64,000 bases of DNA from Perna viridis. Lineage: Eukaryota. The DNA is taken from NCBI GenBank assembly GCA_037379345.1, contig CM074514.1, positions 31,062,001 through 31,126,000 of the forward strand, read 5' to 3'. This document shows positions 51,024 through 63,000 of this stretch, piece by piece. The position numbers and the translations under genes are program-made. The stretch's first letter is position 1. The number at the start of each line of letters is the position of its first letter. The notes beneath the pieces are model-generated. The model was not told the origin of the DNA, did not search any database, and saw only the letters and a program-made list of their open reading frames with translations.

Positions 51024-54000
51024 CTAAAATTGAGAGTTCGCGATATCACATACAATAAATAAAATTGCTTTGTCAAAGAAGACAGTTTATACAATATATA
51101 ATCAATAATTATAAGTTACAGAATAGAAACTATGGGTAGTCGTATCTTCATTGTACAGTCGAGTAAAATTAAGGGTACCTTTGGAAAGCGATTTAAAATC
51201 GTTATTACGAAAATTAAAAAAAACATTTTCAAATTCTTTTATATTAGTACCTCAAAACGCCCGGTTTGATTTTGTAAAAATTTTACAATAATTTTTTACC
51301 ATTGTCTTTGAGCATCTGAATCGGAATTAGATGACAGAAGTTCTTTCATCATCATAAAACATGTCAATCAATTCATTTACAAGAATACACGATTACATTG
51401 CATCAAAAATATCCTACCAGAGAAGACCTTTGAAAGAGAGAAACAATTTAATTATTCCTGACCTCTCATTTGTAGACTACTGATTTCATCAGCACTAAAT
51501 CTGTATCTAATCATTACATTACATTGTGGTACATCAAGTCCTTCACTACCAACTGATGTGGCAACAATACACAAATGTTCTCCTCTACGGAATTTCTCCA
51601 GGACCTCCACCTGTTCATCTGCGGGACGTCCTACCAATAACATATGCACACTCCTTGAGACGTTTAGGTTCCCCATTTTAGCGTTCGTGCATCGTTTATC
51701 GTGCGTTTACACATCGTTTTGCGTTCGTTTAAACGCACGATGAACGCTCGATACAAGCGTTCATTTAAACGCACGAAGGGAGCGTTCGTTTAAATGCACA
51801 ATACGAGCGTTCGTCTATTTTTGTACTTGGATTATTTCCTCAATTCTACTGTTATTTTTTTTTTATGTACTATTATTAATTTATATATTTTCATTAATTC
51901 AATTTTCTATTTTCCCTTTCGTCATTATTTGTTAATATTATAATTTTTCATTTTTCGTCTATCGAGCGTTTAAACGTACGCTGTGAGCGTTCGTCTATCG
52001 TGCGTTTAAACGCACGATAGGAGCGTTTGTTTAAACACACGATAGAAGCGTTCGTTTATCGTGCGTTTAGTGAGCGTTTAGCATGCATTCAGGTATCGTG
52101 CATGCGGGAAACCTAAACGTCTCAAGGAGTGTAAACTGTTACTTTGATATACCTAAATTTGCTTTAAAACGTTTAAAAATTATGTTTTTTGCAGGAATTT
52201 TAAGCAGTAAACATTCCTCACAGGTGTGGGTGTGTGTACAACATGAACATGTATGTTGTAGTACAAAGTATGTAGATATACATGTACTGAAATGTTCATT
52301 CAAGGTTTAGTAACGAATACACAAATTATGTACTAAAATCATAACTTGAACTTGATTTTTCAAGTTTTTATATTCAATTGTCATGCTTTTAAGTAACAAT
52401 AGGAAACTACCTCCTTCATCCTTTGATTTGTGAGATCCTGTGAGGTAAGTTGACCGTAAGTAGTCAGGTAGTCTGTCTGCAAGTGCCATTGCAGTTGCTC
52501 TTGTCTTGACGAAAATCATAAATCTAGATTCACCCCTGTGCTTTTGGTGTTCACTTTCAAGTTTTCCAAGAACTGCCTGAATGTCCGGATTGGTTTCAAT
52601 ATTCCTTCCTATTTCTCGAATTTCAGCAAACACCTCTGTGGAGAACAAAAACAATGTATGATTACGATACTGATATTCCGCTCGGCAAATGTAATAAAAA
52701 ATCGCATATATTGTAAAAGCTATAATTATATAACGTTGAACTAGTCCAATGTAGATTTAGCATTAAAGGTAAACACGAGGAATGTATCCTTTAATTTGTG
52801 CCATTTATCTATATGTTAAGGGCCATTTTTTTCCTAATATTCAAAATTTGGATTTCCACCATTACGACAGTAATTTTAAACGTTATTAAACTGTCATTTG
52901 ATTTTATGAAGATTGTTTTTATTGTTAAAGACTAAAAAAGGCAGAAGAAAGAACGTGCATGGAAGAGGAAAGCGGCAATAAAAATGGTATTGAAAAAGAC
53001 TATGCTTATACGATTATTTGTTCCGAGTTATTTAAAATAGATAAAGACATAATTGAAAGGATGGATTCTCTACACATGTCCAGGACCTTAAAAATGTTAG
53101 TGTTTGCTGTACCAGACATAATTATTGAAATTATATTCGTAGACTTTGGCGTTAGTGTTAATATTTATATAAGTGTATCTGAAAATAAGTGCGCAGAAAC
53201 TGTGCGCTTTCACATGACACATATAGGTATCCATGTGATAACTTTTAACACTTGAGCTATATAGATTATTAACTGATAAATGTACCTAGTTGAGAGGGAC
53301 ATGTATCTAAGGACATGATTTATTTAAATAAATGTTGATTTGACAGACAGTTTCGATATGGATGTCGATAATCGAATTTCGACTTTAAAATGTAGAAACT
53401 GGGAAAGGACAACTGGTACTTCGTAGTTTAATTATACAGTTTGTCGAAGAGTTCTGTGTCCATTCATCTAGGTGTTCCAAGTAAACATATGTAAATACAT
53501 GTAGTTAACATTGACATATTTGATTTGCTTTTAAATTCGACATTCTGATTATGTTCGACATCGAATTTGAACAATATATTACGCAAAGTGGCGCACTGCT
53601 ACATTACATTTACATTACTGCCCGTTATGCCAGCTGGCATTTAAGGCAGCAACAAAGAATCTCAATTGGTGACGGTCTTTGGCCATCCTTTCAATAGTTC
53701 CCCAGGTTTGGTCTCGACCCTTCATCTCAGCTTCTATGGTTCTCCTCCACGTTGTTTAAGGTCTCCCTCTCTTTCTTTTGCCGCCGTCTGGTGTCCAGTG
53801 TAAGGCTACTTTGGTATGAGGTATTGTCTTTTCTGATGACATGGCCTATCCACTTCCATCTTCTTCTCAGCAGTATTGTTGCCATGTCAAGTTGGTTCCA
53901 TTTTCTCAATACTTTTTCATGACTGATGGTATTGGACCAGAATATTTGCAATATACGTCTTAAACACTTGGTATGAAATGTTGACAGTTTTGTTTGATTT

Positions 54001-57000
54001 TGCTCTGTCATTTTCCAGCACTCAGAGCCGTACAAGAGTGTTGAAAGTATGCAACTCTGGTATAGTTTAAGCTTTGTTGTTTTGCTATACTGGCAGGACT
54101 TCCATACATTATTGAGTGCGATAAAGATCCTATTTTTGATGTATTTGCTGGCGCCTACGTCAGCGCACACTGTGCTACCAAGGTAGGTGAAGGTGCTTGT
54201 TGTCGGAAGATTTTTGCCATTAATTTCAATTGGTGCGGTGTTCGACATGTTTAAGGTCATAACTTCTGCTTTAGTTTCACTGATGTTGAGACCTATATGT
54301 TTAGCGAAATTTGAGAGGCGATTGGTCTTATCCTGTAAGTGTTGATGTGTATGTGGTAACAAGGCTATGTCGTCAGCAAAGTCAACATCTTCTAGAACTG
54401 TGTTTATTTCCCATCTCCTTGCACCTTCGGTAGTTTTCCTCATCACCCAGTCGATTACTAAGTTAAAAAGGATGAAAGACATAACACACCCTTGTCTTAC
54501 TCCTGTCTCTACTTGGAACTTGATGTTACTGTTCTGTATGCTACTGTTCTGTATGTTACTGTTCTGTATGTTACTGTTCTGTATGCTACTGTTCTGTATG
54601 CTGCATGTAAAGTTATGGAAAAAGCTCTTGATTATATCTGTTATTTTGCTTTGAATACCATAAGATCTTAATATATTCCATAGACTCTCTCTGTGTATGC
54701 TGTCAACAGCTTTCTGAAAGTCAACAAAATTGATGTATATCTCTCGTTGCCGCTCAGTGCAATGCTCGACGATATTACGTATAACAAATATCTGATAAGT
54801 GCAACCTCTACCTTTCTGAATCCCGTTTGCTCTTTTCTCAGGCATTCATCTATAGCTGTTGAAATTCTGTTTATTATAATCTCGGCTAATTAAGATCTCA
54901 CTAGGTATAGAGTTATCACAGGAACCAAGGTTATAACAGTAATCGAAAGAATGTAATCCAGGGACAAAGACCAGACATGGAAAACAAACATACACAACAA
55001 AGAGCATAAAGTAACTAAACTCATTCATACAAAGTAACAAAAGCATATGAGCAACTCGGACTTCACTAAAAACCGGGAGCATGGACCAGGTGCACCTGTA
55101 GGTAAGCGTTCTCTGCTTTTCTTGAAACACTCGCAGAGTTGCTCATAAAAAGTCATAGAAGTATGATCCCTCGCCAGATATTGCAGTTGTTGAGTGCCCC
55201 TTTCTTTGGTATCTTGATAATGCTACCTTTAGACCAGTCATCGGGTAATTTGTTGTTGTTTCAAGCATGTTCGAATAAAGGTAGAAGTATAGATGCGACA
55301 ATAGTTGGATCTGCCTTGAACATGTAAGCAGTCAGATTGTCTAGACCTTGCGCTTTTCCGTTTTTCAGAGATTCTATGGCTGTAACTATTTCATCAACTG
55401 TTGGTAGATTTGTGTTCACTTCCGGGTAATTCAGGTCAATTATTTGATTAGTTGACGGTCTGTTAAGTATTTTCTGAAAGTATTCTGCCCATCGTGCTTC
55501 TTGTTCACGCTCTGAAGTAAGAAGTTTACCATTTTTTTTCACTGGGATGTTGGTATTGCCTCTGTATTTTCCACTGATGAGCTATGTTAACTTGTGAAGT
55601 TGACCTTGTTCTTCCTTTTCAGCAGCTTCTTCTGCTTGTCTAGCAATATCCTTTATGTATGCACTGCTACCATGCAACATAAATTTGGGTGTGTGTTTTC
55701 ATGTCGTTCGTAATCAGAAAGGTCATTTTACAAATAATTCGAAAAGTTCAATGTTTAACTTAACTATTTACATACTTTTGAATTCGATCCCCGTTCTTTT
55801 CTTTTATTTCATATTTTTGCAAATTGATTATTCGAGGCGTAAATATTCAAACGATTGACTTAAATTGATTCAGTACACGAGTATTTTGATAGAAGCACTT
55901 GCACTTTAGAAATATCATCTTGGGGACACTATACATATGAACTGAGAAAGTATCACTATCATATATGCAACTTCATCCAGGAGCTTAAAAATAGCATTTT
56001 ACTTCGGTATACTGTTAATGATTTTTTGTGAAGTGATTGAGTACCAAACCAGTCACAGAAAACATTCGCTAGTTACGATGAGTAAATCCATTCGTTTTAA
56101 AGATAGGGATGGCAAAACAATCAACAGAATCATGGAATGCTTTGTTCCATAACAAAATTAAAATTTGCGAAATGAGCAACAATCAAGCATTGTTTTTTAC
56201 CTTTCAATTTATTAACAATATCCCTCTCCTCATCTGTGTTTGCCATTTGGCTATTGAACGACTCATCCGCGTATCCCTGTCTTATCACATCCCTGACCTG
56301 GTCAATTTCAAGGAGTGAGTTAACTTCTAAACATTCTGTGTACAACTAAAATAGATCACATATACTTTGATTAAGTGTTGACAAATGAAATATTATGATC
56401 CTTTCTTGTTGATCACTTACTAAATGCATCGAGACATCAGAACCGTTTGAAATGATTAAAACGTGAACAATGAAATCATAAACAATCAACATACACATTC
56501 ATATTGTACACGCCATACTTGTCAAAGTAATACAAAAAAAAAGTAGACAGTGTAATTTCCAGGTGAAAAAGTTAATGCTTATATTTTATAAAATCATTAA
56601 ATGTTCGTTTTGTGTATTACGCCCGGATGATGCACCTTATGCTTGTACACTTAGTTTTAAATGCATGCACGCACATTTTACAAAGAGAAGGTCTATTGTA
56701 TTCATTTCAAATGGTCATCAGATCGTTACATGTTAGTCGCAAAAAGTATACGTTTCAAAAAGTATATAAAATGTTGAAATGGATTAGATAAAACCATGAC
56801 GATGCAAAGAGTATCCAATTTGAAAAAAAAAAAACTTATTCGAAGTTCGAAAGTTACATGCAAGTTAAACATATGGACGGGCGGACATTTGAAGAAATTA
56901 GAAATTCAGTATTTTACCTCTAAATGTCGCATGCATGCCAGAAGTAATCTTGGGACTGCAGGGTCAAGATGTAATACATATTCAACTTTGTCTTTGGTTT

Positions 57001-60000
57001 CAGCAATCCACTGAATGTATCGAACCTCAGTCCGCTGACGAGGCGGGTTTCCTAGGGCATTGTAGAGTTCTGAGTTTGTACCAAGATGATCAATAAGAAA
57101 ATTTGAAACTACAAAATTTGAATTGGTATAGGTTAATTTCCTAGATACATGTATAGAGCAAAACAGTATCTTCATTTTCCAGGAAAAAAACAACAAAATA
57201 TGATATGTTATAAGTTTAGTTTAATTGAATCGACGGCATTTCAATGCATTCATTTACCATCTCCAATTCGCAGTGAATTTTACTGAAGAAGAGATACCAA
57301 TTTCTTGCGTTGTTACAAATCAGCCAAAATAAGGTAAAAGATAAAATTACAGAATTAGCTTATAGTTATGAATAACTTATTATTGTTATAAACCACGAGT
57401 ACGTACATTTAAATTGTATTATATGCACCAATCAGAACATATGCAATGGAACAAACTTACATTTGTTAAAAAAACTTTTTCCTAGCCTTACAAATTAGGA
57501 TTTTACTGCTCTTTGATATTTAAAGTTGTTCAAAATCAAAATTGTTAATAGTTCTAGAAAGCCTGTTAGCAATCCCTAATTTAATAACATGCACCTTTTG
57601 ACCTCTAAATTGATTAGGATCTAAATTTATAAACAGTGCACAATGGGAATATGTCATAGAGGACGAAGTTCTCATAAACGTATTTAATGCAAAACAAAAT
57701 CAAAGCTAGGAAGCACTGATAGCCTGATTTCAGTTTAGCAGGAAGTCGCGTCTTTCGGAGCTTCTCATAGTTCAGTACTTTCGTATCTTTTTCACTAAAA
57801 GACGTTTAGGGTCTTACAGGTCTTCAATAATTATGTAAATTCATATTCTTTTTATTTTTCGTTTCATGCCATTGAAGTAGGCCTTTCCGGGTTAAGCAAG
57901 AAAGGCCAAAGTGCGAACAGTAAATAATATCCGCGCGGTTGGGGTTGTGGTTGGGAGGGGCACTCTAATACTCTAATACTTCTTCAACAAGGAGTGTCGC
58001 TGGGATTCTGTAACCCCACCTTATCCATATATTTTGCATTTGGAAAAAAAATGTATTCATATAGTTTATCAGATAAAAAGAGACCTACTCCAATATATAT
58101 ATGGAATGTCACCTGAATAATCGTACACTAGGACACACAATAACAATATTCATCATTCATTTATTCTACAAATACGAACAGAATTACAACAGGTAATAGG
58201 ATAAGGATAATTCTGAATATCCATATATTTCATAATGTAAACTTTATTTACTTACCAAATTCATATAACTTTGTTCGTTTTTCCCCACCTATTCACCTAT
58301 TCACAAGCTGGAAAATTGGCACATATTCTAGCGGCACGTCATATCACCTTATAAATAGGAAGTGTTCCCCGAGGAAATACCGATCTCACCAATACGCGAC
58401 AAGAAAAATAAAACGAATAAAGCCAAGGAAAAATGGGCGACAATTCACATTTAAAAGTTTCCTCCCCTTCCAGAATCCTAGCGATACATAACCGAACAAA
58501 AGATATGTATGATATTATAACTCGATTTTCCGTCTAATAAATAAAACGCCCAGTGTGTAGAGGCATTAAATTAATTTTGATTAAAATTTCAATGAAATCG
58601 AAATGAGTTAAGCCTTAGTTTGAGCATAATTTCTACTGTAATTGTCATTCCACGTAACAAAACAGACGATCCCTATCGGTACGTCCATTCGTTCGTCAAG
58701 TTAGTGGAAATATCTATTAAGCCATGTCGAAGCCTGTGCATACAGGAAACTTTTAGTCCCCATAAGGTAATGTTAATTCATTCAATAATGAACATGATTT
58801 ATATATACGATGTGCATACATAGTTATAACATAGTCTAAATTACCCTTTCGACAGTTGAGTTTGTGTTCAACATATTCCATAGCTTTGAAAAGTATTTGC
58901 TTCACAGGGTCTTCCCGTCGAGCAGTTGACAAAATATTTTCTAGAAAAGTAACATGAAATGCAAGAGAAAGATAGTTTTTGTTATTACATGTATCTATTT
59001 TAGTGGACATTTACCTGTAAAAATAGAACAAAAACGTCAAAATAATTTCAATTTGTCCGTGGCTTGCCATATTACTACTGTTAGATAGAAATCGCCGAAC
59101 TGTTTTCTTTCATACAATGTAGACCAAAGGACGGATATTAGTAAAAAAAATGTGTTATGTAAAACTACATGTACTCTGGGAAAATATTTCTATATAATCT
59201 TAAATATCTTTCCGTATTGAAATTTTGTGGACAATGTATTTTTACCGCCATGAGCGAATCAGTGAAATACGACGCTTTATTGCATGCTTACTTTTGGTTG
59301 CCAGTTTATTGGAAATGTACATATTTTTGCTGTCTTTTTTTCATGATCAGTATATAATGACGAAAATAAATATATAAGGTGTTTAGCATATAGCAACTTT
59401 CAACATTAGGCAAATTTAAACTCTTTCGGATGTGTTTGAAAACCAAAAACAAAGCGCGAAAATAAGTACCTGCAAAAGTAAGTAAATTACATTATCCTGA
59501 CCTTTGTCTGGTATTGAGCTGTACTCCAGTAGCTCTTGTTTGTGTTTTTTCACCACAGACAATTGACCTACATCTAAATTAGTCATTACAATTCTTAAGT
59601 GATCTTTAGCAGAAGCTACGTCCTTAGCTTTGTTAGATCCAGGTGAGGCAGTCAGACCTAAAATCTGTACATTATAACCGTATATGTACATTGTAAATAA
59701 GGGAAAACAGAAACTCACATTTAAACGTACATATAGATTTGGCTACTTGAGCACTTGATATACCACATCCACAGAAAAAGGAAATTACAAATTTTGTGTT
59801 TGGTGTTCTCATATAAGCATTTAGCATACATGTACTACACAGACTACAGAGGCAGCAATACTTATGACTGAAAACATCAGGATGAAATATCTGATGAAAA
59901 ATCATGATTACTCATCGTTTTAGAAGAAACTAGGTATTATTCAAACAAGGACTGATATCTAAAAAAGAATTTGGTAACAGACCTTGTAAGACGCATTTCC

Positions 60001-63000
60001 TCATATCCTTGATTCAGGCGTCTGTTACGCAGATATTATGGCGTTCATGGAGATCAGAGTTGGTAGTACTTGCACTAGCGCAGCGAATCAATTTTGAAAT
60101 GTAAACACCATATGCAGGAGATGAAGGAATATTGCTGCACAGGTAAGGGAAATTTATATTAAATTTATATTAAAATTAAAGTCTTCGTCTCTTTTATCAT
60201 AAATCTTAGTGCTGAGATGACCACTGTTGTCATATTAGAGATGTATGTAAAAAAAAAGATGCAGAACATGCTGTTTCCTAAGTCTCCTTTATTTTGAGTT
60301 CTGGTGGATATATTGACGGTAACCATTTACCAAAAGAAGAGTGTTGATGGACAATACATCATCAATCGGCTAGTAGAGGAGCACAGTTTGTGCCCATTGG
60401 AATGCCAACTTGTTGAAAAATAGCTCCTCCAAATGTGACAAATATGTTATCAGTGAGTAAATCAAGCATATCGCGAACCTGCTTTTCTGTGTAGCACACA
60501 TTGTGATGTTTTAGAAAAAAATATGTGGATTTGTAACCGAGAACAACATAATTTTTTGAAACAGCAAAAGATTAACGTATGAGTCCTTGCAAACGATATC
60601 TCAACTTATCATGTGATAAGGTAGTGTAAAGAGTTGAGGTCAAAAGTTTGGAGAGAACTTATTTCCGAAAAACTACGGGATTTTTGGTTTTGAAATAAAT
60701 CTTTAGAATTTCTAAGTATCCACATATGATTAATGCCACTACAAGAGTAGGTGGTATTGCAATAAGCTTGCTTTGATCAATCCTTCGCTGCCGACAATAT
60801 CTTTGTAAGATGAATTGACATCTCCTTTGTGGAGCAAGATGAAGATCCTGCAATATACCTTTCTTTGTATGGGTTCTTAAGAAGTTTGGAAATCCAATAC
60901 AAGTAAGGTAAGTCCTCACATTTTGTTTTGATGTTACCTGAAATGTTACTATCAATGCCAAATTCATTAATAAGGCTACTGAGGTTATGGGCTTTACAAA
61001 CAAATACAATGCTGTTCGAAGCTTTGTCCGCAGGAACGATAACATATTTCTCGTGTGGTGAGGAAAAGCATTCAAGTGCCTCACGATCGTTGAATACGGA
61101 CTTGGGTCTTTTAAGAACATATCTAATGTTTTAGTCAGAAGTTAACCTTTTCTATCGACACTCCCACGTGTCTTTTTAAGCAGGTGTAAAATGTGTCGTT
61201 TGGATAAGTAAACAAATATATATGACTTCATAACCGGTACCATTGAAGATTGGTTTGATTATGAATTACCAGGTTATTAATTATAAAACAATTTACTATA
61301 GAGAGAAACCGAATCGAGAACATGATAATCCCATTGGCAATGAACCTATTCAAAATGCCAGTTGGCTGTATGACGCATATAAAATGTCGGTTTCGGCCAC
61401 AAATATCGGCTAAGCATTGAAAGACATGATCACGGTAACAAATTAACATTGAAATGTCAGTAACAAAGAATTAAATTTGTTCCAGAGGACCGTGATTTTT
61501 TAATATTTTGTAAGAACTACCTTGGTGACCTGACGTCATGACATGAAGCCGTTGATTTATTTATTTGTAAATGTTGTTTAATTTTCGTTTCTTAATTATA
61601 AATGTTACTTCATATTATACATGCAATTATATACTAATATTATTGTTGAAAGAGTTGAAATAATAGTACCGCTATTGTTAATAAATAATTTTAGGAGGTT
61701 ATTGGAAGAGCCAAATATTTCGTTTTCCTAAGGAGCGCCTCACTGACAAAATAACTCTTTTGTCCATGATTCCTGGTGTAATGTATGCTTATTTTAACAT
61801 AGGTAGGCATGGTGACTCTCAGTAAAAAATAATGACAAATATAGTGCTTACCCATATTAAAATAAGCATGAAGCCCGGCATCAAGGACTTATTTCTTCAG
61901 TAACACGTGTATCAGGAATAACAATGAAACAATGAGTTAGAAATGCACACTTTACACAATGTTCTATTACTGTAAAAGTATACACTACCTGTGGTAATTT
62001 GCTCATTTTTTCTTCGTACTTTGCTCTCCTGTAGTGAACCATGATTTCATTGTAAGGGTCATGGTCGTGGCAATGGTGACACTCATCAAATACCAAAAGG
62101 CTGAAATCTCCAATAGACACCTTAACTTCAGCTGTGTCCATCAAATGATTGCATAGCGACATCGGAGTTAAGAAAATTATGCTTGACCGTTCGATTGCAT
62201 TTGCAAATTCACTGCTATCATCCTCATCTGCTTTCCACAGCTTTATCCTTCCCTAAAATATATATAGTTTATTCGTTATAACATTTTCTTTATACACAAA
62301 TTGAGTTAATATGATATATGTAATCATGTAAATGTAGATTCCTACACAACGAATTCCCGAGAACTTTATTTTTTCGGAGTAAACCTCTGCGTCTCCTTAG
62401 ACCAAAATAGCACTATACAAACAGACTAATACCCATGCATATAACTATTTACCCCATCTGGATGTTTCTGTGTGTTCTAAATGATTAGATAAAACCTAAT
62501 ACTTCTAGATATCCATAACATTAAGAATATCTGAATTAATCTACTTTCAAAAGATTGTGTATTTAAAGAAGTAGTTAATTAATGGATTTTATGCTAACGC
62601 ATGATCTTGTTTTTCTTTTTCAAAACATTGGGACATGTTTTGTTATTGACAAAATACATTTGAAAACATACTTACTACATTGTTGTTGTCGGTAAACCTC
62701 ACTGTACAGAATAATCGTGTCAATTTGCATATTTCGTTTAAAGAAGTTTTGGGTTGCCATATACGGAATATTTTAAAACCATTTATTTTCTTACCCAGTA
62801 AAGAGTAATCAAGGGAACCAAGATTCCGACGGAAATCAAAAGAACGCAATCCAGGGACAAATATCAGACGGGAAAAACAGACACACACAACAAAGAACAC
62901 AAGACAACCATTAACAAACTTATACGGACAAAGAAACAAAAGTATATGTGCAATTTGGACTCCACGTAAACTGGGAACATTGACCAGGTGCACAAATAGG

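Larger units (their letters stand above)
53603..55660 (-). mobile_element. 5'-truncated, frameshifted RTE-clade non-LTR retrotransposon in RLR intron, with 10-bp TSD GCACTGCTAC
   Basis: RT motifs FVDFQKAVDS, GVRQGCVMS, DFADDIALL, FTYLGS, LLYGSECW and WKWIGHV. Short GTAAT-type repeat at the 3' tail. Identical GCACTGCTAC at 53593-53602 and 55661-55670. Confidence 0.9.

Noticed and set aside
52959-53255. 98-aa plus-strand ORF in an RLR intron
   Set aside because: No recognisable domain, splice partner or composition signal; consistent with a chance ORF.
19945-59900. Other CTGATGA occurrences (near 19945, 23401, 25072, 30269, 55574, 59891) as hammerheads
   Set aside because: None has a stem II plus GAAA and a complementary stem I at the right spacing.
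60659-61134. ORF-track ORFs of 153 aa and 68 aa
   Set aside because: They are off-frame or antisense readings of the decayed PLE RT.
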